33,663 nucleotides of DNA from a bacterium (GTDB taxonomy: Bacteria; Zhuqueibacterota; Zhuqueibacteria; Zhuqueibacterales; Zhuqueibacteraceae), in assembly GCA_044869275.1 (NCBI GenBank), contig JBIOXB010000161.1, forward strand, positions 1-33,663, in the 5' to 3' direction. Below, piece after piece: positions 18,028 through 25,968 of the stretch. Position numbers and translations under genes: made by a program. Every line of letters begins with the position of its first letter. Position 1 is the first letter of the stretch. The notes under the pieces were generated by a model, which was not told the DNA's origin, made no database searches, and saw only the letters and a program-made list of their open reading frames with translations.

Positions 18028-19206
18028 ATGAAAATAGCCATCATGGGCATTCGCGGCATCCCCGCGAATTACGGCGGTTTTGAAACATTTGCAGAAGAAC
18101 TCGCACCGCGCTTGGTGGAGCGCGGCCACGAGGTGACGGTTTACGGGCGCAGCAACAGTATCAAGCACGACGGAAAATACTATCGCGGCGTGCGGCTGGT
18201 GGTTCTGCCCACGATCGCACACAAATACCTTGACACGGTGGCACACACGTTTCTGTGCGTGCTGCATTCTCTGAAAGAACGTTACGACGCGGTTTTGATT
18301 TGCAACAGCGCCAATAGCGCGTTCGCGTGGATTCCGCGTCTGGCTCTGCAAAAAGTCGCGTTGAATGTCGATGGCCTGGAGTGGAAGCGCCAAAAGTGGA
18401 ATGCGCTGGGTAAAATGTACTATAAAATATCCGAGCGCATTGCCACGTTCACGCCGAACGAAGTGGTGACCGACGCGCGCGATATTGAAAAGTACTATCT
18501 GCAAACGTATAAAAAACGCTCGACGTTCATTCCCTACGGTGCGCCGGTGCACCGGCTGTCAACGCGCGAGGTGCTGGATCGTTTGGGCGTGTCGCCGCGC
18601 CAATACGTTCTGTATGTGAGCCGATTGGAGCCGGAGAACAACGCGCATTTGGTGGTGAAGGCATACGAAAAAGTGAAAAGCGATTTGCCTTTGTTGATCG
18701 TGGGCGACGCGCCCTATAGCGCGGATTACATTCGCGAGCTCAAGAGCACGAAAGATGCGCGCATTATTTTCACGGGCTATATTTTTGGCCAGGGCTATCG
18801 CGAGCTGCAATCGCATGCTTATTTTTACGTTCAAGCAACGGAAGTGGGAGGCACCCATCCGGCGCTGATCGAATCGATGGGCCACGGCAATTGCGTGCTG
18901 GCGAATGACGTGCCCGAGCATCGCGAAGTGTTGGCGGAGGCCGGTTTGTATTTCAAAGCACGCGAGCGCGACGACCTGCGCGAAAAGCTGCAGAGTTTGA
19001 TCGACCAGCCGGAATTGGTCGAGCGCTATCGCGCTTTAGCCGTACGCCGCATCGAAGAAAATTACACCTGGGACAAAGTCACGGAGCAATATGAGCGGTT
19101 ATTCCTCCGCCTGGCCAACGGCAGGCTCGCGCACACGGCAGGACATTTTCCCGCGAAGGAAGCGTATGAAGAAAAGCAACGGGCTCATCATTATTCCGGC
19201 GTATAA
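18028..19206 (+). CDS. GT4 glycosyltransferase with DUF1972-like N-terminus
   Basis: MKIAIMGIRGIPANYGGFETF, NVDGLEWKR.KW, RLEPENN and EVGGTHPALIESM motifs. Confidence 0.92.
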   Translation: MKIAIMGIRGIPANYGGFETFAEELAPRLVERGHEVTVYGRSNSIKHDGKYYRGVRLVVLPTIAHKYLDTVAHTFLCVLHSLKERYDAVLICNSANSAFAWIPRLALQKVALNVDGLEWKRQKWNALGKMYYKISERIATFTPNEVVTDARDIEKYYLQTYKKRSTFIPYGAPVHRLSTREVLDRLGVSPRQYVLYVSRLEPENNAHLVVKAYEKVKSDLPLLIVGDAPYSADYIRELKSTKDARIIFTGYIFGQGYRELQSHAYFYVQATEVGGTHPALIESMGHGNCVLANDVPEHREVLAEAGLYFKARERDDLREKLQSLIDQPELVERYRALAVRRIEENYTWDKVTEQYERLFLRLANGRLAHTAGHFPAKEAYEEKQRAHHYSGV

Positions 19207-19897
19207 CGAGGAAGAAAATATCCGGCAGGTCCTGTCGGAAGTCGCGCAGCACAATCCGGGTTTGGACGTGCTGGTGGTCAACGATCATTCGCGCGACCGC
19301 ACCAGCGTGATCGTGCGCGAGATGGGAGCGGAGGTCATCGACCTGCCGTGCAATCTCGGCTACGGTGGCGCGGTGCAGGCCGGCTTCCGTTATGCACGCG
19401 AGTTTCAATACGATTTTTGCATCCAGCTCGACGGCGACGGACAGCACGACCCCAGCTACATTCCAAAATTAGTGCAGGAGATCACGCGCACAGAGGCAGA
19501 CGTGGTGTTGGGCTCTCGCTTTCTGGGCCGGGCGAATTATCGCATTCCGCTGGTGCGGCGTTTGGGCATGCACTTTTTTGGCGCGATCGTATCATGCGCC
19601 ACCGGCAAGAAAATGACCGATCCCACGACGGGTTATCAAGCGCTCAACGCACGGGCGATTCGTTTCTTTGCGAATGACAATTACCCCACGGATTATCCCG
19701 ATGCGGATACGCTGATCGTTTTGAATTTCGCCGGTTTCAACGTGAGAGAAGTGCCGGTCGCCATGCGGCAGCGCATGGCCGGCGTCAGCATGCACGCGAA
19801 TTGGAAGTCGATTTACTACGTGATCAAAATGTGTTTGGCCATTTTTGTCGTGCTTCTACGCGGAAGAAAATATTACGGTACGGCCAAATTGATATGA
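19166..19897 (+). CDS. GT2 polyprenyl-phosphate (hexosamine?) synthase, DPM1/GacI/PpgS-like
   Basis: IIPAYNEE, VNDHSRD, NLGYGGAVQAG, QLDGDGQH, GSRF and DPTTG motifs. ATG 19166 follows AAGGAAG and overlaps the upstream gene by 41 bp. Confidence 0.9.
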   Translation: MKKSNGLIIIPAYNEEENIRQVLSEVAQHNPGLDVLVVNDHSRDRTSVIVREMGAEVIDLPCNLGYGGAVQAGFRYAREFQYDFCIQLDGDGQHDPSYIPKLVQEITRTEADVVLGSRFLGRANYRIPLVRRLGMHFFGAIVSCATGKKMTDPTTGYQALNARAIRFFANDNYPTDYPDADTLIVLNFAGFNVREVPVAMRQRMAGVSMHANWKSIYYVIKMCLAIFVVLLRGRKYYGTAKLI

Positions 19898-19947
19898 CGA
19901 AGTTGCCGGTGGCTGGCTGGTGCATTGCCGCCCTGCTCCCGGCCATC

Positions 19948-19966
19948 GCCATTCTGAAAGTATCTT
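19948..19966. repeat. degenerate copy of the TGTCATTC-type repeat
   Basis: GCCATTCTGAAAGTATCTT is 18/19 identical to 14303-14321; only a decayed right arm is visible near 20001-20021. Confidence 0.65.
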
Positions 19967-20085
19967 GGCGAAATTGAGCTGAGCGCCGGTGTGGCGCAAT
20001 CCAGGAGCTATGGGACTGCTGAAAGGCGTAAAAACGTGCGCACGAATAAAGTTGACTATATGATGCTGTCGCGGAGGATGAACTC

Positions 20086-20523
20086 ATGACTACGCAGGCG
20101 CGATTGTTTGTGGCATTGCTCAGTTTCGGGCTGCTGCTCTTCGTGTTTAATTTGGTGCGCCGGAAAAATCTAAAGGAAAATTACGCGATTCTTTGGGTGC
20201 TGACGGCGTTGGTGCTGAGCGCCGCTCCGTTGCTGATCGATTACCTTGATGTATTGGCGTACGCGGTGGGGATTCACTATCCCCCGGCATTCATTTACAC
20301 CGTCGCCATCATGTTCATCATGGTCCTGTTGTTGAATTTTTCCGTGATTGTTTCAAAACTCAGCGAACAGAACAAAGTTTTGATTCAAGAACAAGGAATC
20401 ATGAAGAAGAGAATTTTAGATCTGGAGCAGCAGGCCGGCAATTCACCCAACGGCGCGAGGCATTATAGCCTGAAAGTTGAATCGTCTGCCGCCGAGGCCG
20501 AGGCGCCAGCACTGCAAGACTGA
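20086..20523 (+). CDS. DUF2304-family small membrane protein (GT2 accessory, GacJ/Rv3632-like)
   Basis: Three TM helices, LVRR..LKE.YA.LW, GI.YPP and SKL.....L.QE motifs; follows a short GT2; GGAGGA RBS. Confidence 0.88.
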   Translation: MTTQARLFVALLSFGLLLFVFNLVRRKNLKENYAILWVLTALVLSAAPLLIDYLDVLAYAVGIHYPPAFIYTVAIMFIMVLLLNFSVIVSKLSEQNKVLIQEQGIMKKRILDLEQQAGNSPNGARHYSLKVESSAAEAEAPALQD

Positions 20524-20623
20524 TGGGAAGTTTCCTGCCTCAAGTCATTCCGTGAGAGCGCTGCTTGAGCGCCGGCGAGAATGCCAATACCGCGATCTCA
20601 TTTTGAATTTGTCATGGCGAACG

Positions 20624-22477
20624 ATGAAAGATTGGTGCACGAAAAATAAACTGATTTTACTCTTTGCCCTCGCTCTCTGCGCGCGGGTGGCTTTCGTGTT
20701 GACACTCGAAAATCGCTACTACTATTTCGACACGGTGCATTATGATAAAGCGGCCAAAGCCATCATTGCCGGCCAGGGCTTTGGGGAGGGCTATGAATTC
20801 AGCCAGTTCTTTCGCAAAGAGTACGCGCTGACCCCGTTGTATCCGATCTTCCTTGCGGCGATTTATTTCGTCTGCGGTCCGAGCTTTCTGGCAGTGAGAA
20901 TCGTTGAGTCCATTCTCGGCGCGGTTCTCTGTCTGCTCATCTATAGAATAGGAAAGAGAGTTTTCAATGAAGCGGTGGGCTTGAGCGCGGGCTATTTTTC
21001 CGCGCTGTTTCCGCATTTGATTTTTCTCTGCGGCTTGCTTTACGTCGAAAACCTTTTCGCGTTCCTGCTGGCGCTGGGCATTTGGTTTTGTTTGCGCTGG
21101 TATGATGACCGCAGAAACTCACAAATCGTGCTCGCCAGCCTGATGTTCGGCCTGGCGTGCCTGGGCCGGCCGGTGCTCTTCGCTTTTTATCCCTTTCTGG
21201 CGCTGTGGATGATTTTTGTTGCCGGCGGTGCCCGCCGCCAGAAAGTGACCGCCACGGTGGTGGCGGCGTTGATTACCGTGCTGACGCTGGCGCCGTGGAC
21301 GGTTCGAAATTATTTGATCTTTGGCAAAATCACGCCGGTCTCTGCCGCGGCGGAAAAATACCTCGGCGAGTCCGAAGAATTTCTCGATCAAGAAATTGTC
21401 GATAGTCTCCCCGTTGCCGGTGACGAGCTGCAGGTGTCCACTACTTCGGATTCGGCCGGCCACCATTTTGATTTTTATTACAACGGCGAATTCGATGGGC
21501 GCTTGAGCGACACGCTCAAAACCTTCGGCAACGGCGAGCAACTCTATGCCGGCCTGATGCTGCGTGCCAATCTGCCCAACGAAGTGGGAGATTTTAGAAT
21601 CTTCGCCAGACCGGGCGGCGATCACCAGCACCACGATCCGGCAGGTTCGAACAATGGCGCTGCCAGTAACGGCACGACGGGCCTGCTTTTTCACGATGAT
21701 TTTGAACGCGAGCAGCTCGGCGCGCCGTGGCAAGCTGCCGCGGCGTTTCAAATCAGAGCGGGCGCGTTGCAGAACGTGGCGCATGATGGCTCCTGGAAAC
21801 ATTTGGCGATTTGCCGGCAAGTCGCGAGCGCCGATCGCGTCGCCTTACGCTGGGGACACCAGGCGCAAGCGCAGGGTGTGAAAGAAGGCGGGCTGGCGTT
21901 GCGTTTGGATCGCGCCGGGCAGGAGGCCAATGGCTATCTCGCCTGGCGGCAGCCGGCAGGCAAGCTCCTGTTGTTCACAATTGAAAACGGCGCACCCGGC
22001 AAGCAAGTGGCCGCCACCATGGGCAAAGCTGGCGAAAGACTGCGCGCAAAACTGCAAGCCTCGATCAATGCCGAGGCGGTGCAAAAGCAATCATTCGTGG
22101 AGAATCTGCGTGCCCTGGTTTTGAAGGATCCCCAAGCGTTTTTCACGCGCTATCTCGATGAATTCCTGCATTTTTGGAAACCGATGCCGGATCGTTTCTA
22201 TTCTCAAAACGAATTCACCGTCTCCGGGACGGTCTTGTTGAGTGCGATCGCATTTACGCCGGTGTTGGTCTTGTTCGTGATCGGCCTGCTTTTCATCAAA
22301 CCCCGCTGGCGGGAAACGAGCTTGCTCTTATTCATGATTTTGTCAACGGCATTGATTTATTCCTTTTTCATGACCAAAGCGCGTTATCGCATGCCGGTGG
22401 AGCCTTACATGATCATCATCGCGGCACAAGCGGGCTATGCTTTGGTGCAAAGATTCAAAAACAGCGCAATCTCGTAG
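20624..22477 (+). CDS. GT-C fold membrane glycosyltransferase (ArnT/PMT_2-like) with inserted ~240-aa soluble beta-rich region
   Basis: D...Y...A, PLYP.FLA.IY, LYVENLF, GRP, PWTVRNY and RYRMPVEP motifs. ATG 20624 preferred over 20477. Confidence 0.88.
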   Translation: MKDWCTKNKLILLFALALCARVAFVLTLENRYYYFDTVHYDKAAKAIIAGQGFGEGYEFSQFFRKEYALTPLYPIFLAAIYFVCGPSFLAVRIVESILGAVLCLLIYRIGKRVFNEAVGLSAGYFSALFPHLIFLCGLLYVENLFAFLLALGIWFCLRWYDDRRNSQIVLASLMFGLACLGRPVLFAFYPFLALWMIFVAGGARRQKVTATVVAALITVLTLAPWTVRNYLIFGKITPVSAAAEKYLGESEEFLDQEIVDSLPVAGDELQVSTTSDSAGHHFDFYYNGEFDGRLSDTLKTFGNGEQLYAGLMLRANLPNEVGDFRIFARPGGDHQHHDPAGSNNGAASNGTTGLLFHDDFEREQLGAPWQAAAAFQIRAGALQNVAHDGSWKHLAICRQVASADRVALRWGHQAQAQGVKEGGLALRLDRAGQEANGYLAWRQPAGKLLLFTIENGAPGKQVAATMGKAGERLRAKLQASINAEAVQKQSFVENLRALVLKDPQAFFTRYLDEFLHFWKPMPDRFYSQNEFTVSGTVLLSAIAFTPVLVLFVIGLLFIKPRWRETSLLLFMILSTALIYSFFMTKARYRMPVEPYMIIIAAQAGYALVQRFKNSAIS

Positions 22478-22480
22478 AAT

Positions 22481-23899
22481 ATGGATCCCGCAAAGTTAGC
22501 ATTTTTTGGAGTCGTCGCCCTCGTGGTCACGATCGGCGCGGCCCTGGTCAAAGACCTGCGGAAATACTTCCTGATTCTGGCCATTGTCTTCGCGCCGATG
22601 CAGAGCGGCATCATTTTCTACCATTACAATGGCTTCATGCTGATGGACTTTCCGCTGCTCGCGCTGCTGGTGCTGTCGATCTTCGCTCCGGAGGGAAGAT
22701 TCCGGTGGAGTTTTCCGGGCATCAGCATCGCCATCTTTCTTTTCTTGGGATGGATGCTGGCCACCTGCTTTACGGCGACGAACTCGGGCTGGGCCTTCAG
22801 CGAATGGACGCGCTTTCTGCGCGGTTTCCTGCTGTTCGTTTGTGTGGCAAATTATTCCAATTCGCCGCAACGGTTGCGTGCGGTATTATTTGCAGTGCTG
22901 GGAGGCTTCGCCTTTCAAGCCATGCTCGGCACGTATCAATGGCGTTATGGCCCGCTCGGCTTGCGGATCTTGGAAGAAATTGGCTATTCGTGGCGCGCCG
23001 CAGGAACGTTCGAGCATCCCGGCGTGTATGGGGATTATCTCATTTTGATCCTGCCCTTGCTGGTGCGCTTGTTCATGTTCCAGCGCAACGTCGACAAACG
23101 CTACACCTACGCCTATCTCGCGCTGCTCGGTTTCGGCGCGGGCGGGTTGCTCGGCTCTTACGGCCGCGGCCCCTGGCTCGCCTTTGGCGGCGCCATGGTG
23201 CTGATGATGCTGTATTCGATCACCCAACGAAAACTGCGCCCGCGCACGAAGATTCCGATTTTTATCATGGCGATCGCGGCGGTGGCGTTCGCGCTGCAAT
23301 ACTCCGATACGATCCTCGACCAATTCATTTCCGAAGACCGCAAAAGCTCCTCGGACATTCGCAAGCCGCTCAATCATATCGCCCTGCGCATGGCACAAGA
23401 TAACGCCCTCTTGGGAGTGGGGCTGGGGTGTTATCGTTTGGTCTCTTTGCCTTACGCTCGCTTGGAATACAATCCAAGTTTGACTATTCCGCTGTATCAG
23501 CTCTCGCAGATTGCGCACAATTCTTATTTGTTGATGACTTGCGAGACCGGTTTTGCCGGCACGTTATTCTATCTGGTCTTTATGTTTTGCGCACTCAAAA
23601 TGGGGCGCCGCGCGCTGAAGCTCAAAAGCTCTTTGATTACCAATTTGAGCCTTGGCCTGATGACCGGCCTGGTCGGTTTTGCCGTATCCATCCTTTCGGG
23701 CCCCAATATCATGAATCACCAGCTCATCATGATGACTTGGCTGTTCGCCGGCTGGCTGACAGGCATGAGCCGGTTGAAAATCGCAGCACCGGCTGCACAC
23801 CCCACCGCGCAAGCCGGTATGCTCGATCTCAAAAACGCGGAAATGCTCAATGGCCAAAGCGTGATTGATTTGTCCAGGTTGCAGGGCACGAAGCAGTGA
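22481..23899 (+). CDS. O-antigen ligase/polymerase family (Wzy_C / WaaL-like) protein
   Basis: Polytopic; RAAGTFEHP, SYGRGPW, LLGVGLG.Y and AHNSYL...ETG motifs. Confidence 0.9.
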   Translation: MDPAKLAFFGVVALVVTIGAALVKDLRKYFLILAIVFAPMQSGIIFYHYNGFMLMDFPLLALLVLSIFAPEGRFRWSFPGISIAIFLFLGWMLATCFTATNSGWAFSEWTRFLRGFLLFVCVANYSNSPQRLRAVLFAVLGGFAFQAMLGTYQWRYGPLGLRILEEIGYSWRAAGTFEHPGVYGDYLILILPLLVRLFMFQRNVDKRYTYAYLALLGFGAGGLLGSYGRGPWLAFGGAMVLMMLYSITQRKLRPRTKIPIFIMAIAAVAFALQYSDTILDQFISEDRKSSSDIRKPLNHIALRMAQDNALLGVGLGCYRLVSLPYARLEYNPSLTIPLYQLSQIAHNSYLLMTCETGFAGTLFYLVFMFCALKMGRRALKLKSSLITNLSLGLMTGLVGFAVSILSGPNIMNHQLIMMTWLFAGWLTGMSRLKIAAPAAHPTAQAGMLDLKNAEMLNGQSVIDLSRLQGTKQ

Positions 23900-23954
23900 A
23901 ACAAAAAACGGCGAAAAGAAAACAGCAAAAAGAAAACAGCAAAAAGAAAACAGA
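23899..23954 (+). repeat. 14-bp tandem repeat (AAAAAGAAAACAGC), three near-perfect copies plus one degenerate copy
   Basis: Units begin at 23899, 23913, 23927 and 23941. Confidence 0.88.
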
Positions 23955-24102
23955 AATCTTGTTCTGTGGATTGCCGGCTGGATGCGGATAGGCGAATTTT
24001 CAAATTACTGTTGCCGCTAAACTGCCGAAATCTTCGTTACCCGTTAATAAGACGGCACTGCTTGAATCATCAACTATTGTGAACTGATCACTAAACACCG
24101 AC

Positions 24103-25944
24103 TTGCATTCCTTCAATCTCAAACTCAAGCCGTGGCAGGAGCGGCTGGCGGTTGCCCTTCTGCTTTCTTTTTTTGTGCTGCAATGCGTGCTCGGCATGCG
24201 GCAAACTTCACCAACCTGGGATGAAGTCGGCCATTTGCCCGCCGGTTACACCTATTGGCAGACGAACGATTTTCGTTTGTATCCCAGCAACCCGCCGTTG
24301 ATCAAATTGATTGCGGCAGCTCCGTTGTTGTTCATGGAGGTAAAACTCTCGCTGGACAACGATTATTGGCAACGCCAACGCGAGATCGAATTCGGGCAGG
24401 TGTTTCTGTATGAAACAAACTCCAACTCGAGAGACATGTTTTTCTGGGCGCGCATAACGATTGTCGCACTCGGCACGTCGCTGGGATTCTTTTTGTTCAG
24501 GTGGACGAAAGCACTCTACGGGCAATGGCCTGCAATTGTCGCGCTTGTCTTGTACTCATTTAATCCGAATGTCATTGCGCACAGCCAGGTCACGACCAGC
24601 GACATGGGTTTTTGCCTGTTCTTTTTTCTGGCGATTTACACGTTTTATCGCGTGGTCACAAACCCTTCATGGCTGCGCTTGTTCGCGGCTGGTTTGGCCT
24701 TTGGTTTGGCCATGGCGTCGAAATTCACGGCGATTATTCTGTTGCCGATTTATTTTGTGATCTTGGTTACACTGCTCATTTGTAAACGCGCTGCAATAAG
24801 AATTCCCTTTTCTTCGCCGTTTTTGGAAGGGTTTTTGCAGCAAAGCAGGTGGCGCATTTTTGCGACGAGTATCGCCGCAGTTTTTGCCTGCTTGATGCTC
24901 GCGTACGCCGTGATTGTAGCCAACTATGGTTTTCGTGCCGAGCCCCTGGTGCGCGATGCTGATGAACAGGCCAAGTTGGAAGCATTGCTGGCAAAGCTGC
25001 CGATGGCAAATAGCGAGGTGATCTTGAAGGCGGCCAGCGGTTTGGCGCGCACCGTGCCCATTCCCGGACGCGACTATTTCACTTCGTTCTCCCTGATCAT
25101 GGGCGTGACGCCGCGCATTGGCACGAACGCCCTCGGCGTTGGCAGGGAGAAATTTTTGATGGGCGAAACCTCGCCTAATGGTTTTTGGTATTTTCCCTTT
25201 GCCGCCTTTGTGTTTAAGACACCCGTGCCGCTGATTTTGCTTTTCGTTGCGGGAATACTTCTGCTCCGGAAGGGAGATCTCGCCGCGGTGTTGTTCGTGC
25301 TTGTGCCGGTGGCGTTGATGTGGCTCGGCACTTTGAAAAAACCGGATTTCGCGTATCGCTACGTGGTATTGCCGTCACTGCCATTTATGATGATGATCGC
25401 GGGAAAAGTTGTTGCGGCGCCATGCACTCAGAAGGCCTTCGCCCGGATCGCGCTGGCGGTATTGCTCTTGTGGAATGTAGGCAGCGCGCTCGCCATCTAT
25501 CCCCATCATCTGGCTTATTTCAACGAGCTTGCCGGCGGGCCGCGGAACGGCTACAAATACATGCTCGACTCCAATCTCGATTGGGGACAGGATCTGCCGG
25601 CGCTGAAAAAATATATGGACGAACATCGGATCGATAAAATCAAATTGGCGTACGCCGGCACGGCCGAGCCCGCGTATTACGGCATCAAATATGAACGCAT
25701 GCTCGGCGTCGAGGGCTATACCTTTGACCCTGATTTCGATCCCGGCAAGTTGCCGAGTTGCGGCCCCACGGACGGCGTGATCGCCATCAGCGCCACGTGT
25801 CTGCAAAACATCCGCGGTTTCTATCCGCAGGCTTCATATGACTGGCTGAAGCATTTTGAGCCGGTCGCGATGCTCGGCTATTCGATGTTTGTTTATGACA
25901 TTCGTTCGGATTCGCTTTCAGCCATTACCCCACTGGCCAATTAG
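24103..25944 (+). CDS. GT-C fold membrane glycosyltransferase (ArnT/PMT_2-like)
   Basis: SPTWDE..H..AGY, NPPLIK, FNPNVIAH...TTSD, SKFT, FKTP and DSNLDWGQDL motifs. TTG start; in-frame stop at 24085. Confidence 0.9.
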   Translation: MHSFNLKLKPWQERLAVALLLSFFVLQCVLGMRQTSPTWDEVGHLPAGYTYWQTNDFRLYPSNPPLIKLIAAAPLLFMEVKLSLDNDYWQRQREIEFGQVFLYETNSNSRDMFFWARITIVALGTSLGFFLFRWTKALYGQWPAIVALVLYSFNPNVIAHSQVTTSDMGFCLFFFLAIYTFYRVVTNPSWLRLFAAGLAFGLAMASKFTAIILLPIYFVILVTLLICKRAAIRIPFSSPFLEGFLQQSRWRIFATSIAAVFACLMLAYAVIVANYGFRAEPLVRDADEQAKLEALLAKLPMANSEVILKAASGLARTVPIPGRDYFTSFSLIMGVTPRIGTNALGVGREKFLMGETSPNGFWYFPFAAFVFKTPVPLILLFVAGILLLRKGDLAAVLFVLVPVALMWLGTLKKPDFAYRYVVLPSLPFMMMIAGKVVAAPCTQKAFARIALAVLLLWNVGSALAIYPHHLAYFNELAGGPRNGYKYMLDSNLDWGQDLPALKKYMDEHRIDKIKLAYAGTAEPAYYGIKYERMLGVEGYTFDPDFDPGKLPSCGPTDGVIAISATCLQNIRGFYPQASYDWLKHFEPVAMLGYSMFVYDIRSDSLSAITPLAN

Positions 25945-25968
25945 CCCTTCAGGAGGTTGTTTCGCGGT

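Noticed and set aside
20052..20085. TTGACT as a sigma70 -35 box before the DUF2304 gene
   Set aside because: No credible -10 element at the proper spacing.
20544..20557. GTCATTCCGTGAGA as a fifth copy of the TGTCATTC repeat
   Set aside because: The match is too short and has no partner arm; could be chance.
20477..20623. Longer N-termini in the ORF track (20477; also 4560, 7697, 19091, 25957)
   Set aside because: The extensions overlap upstream genes or repeats and lack family similarity; downstream starts fit RBS position, coupling or family N-termini better.
22174..23403. 409-aa alternative-frame + strand ORF
   Set aside because: Overlaps two well-supported genes out of frame; Arg/Ala/Gly-rich composition typical of off-frame reading.
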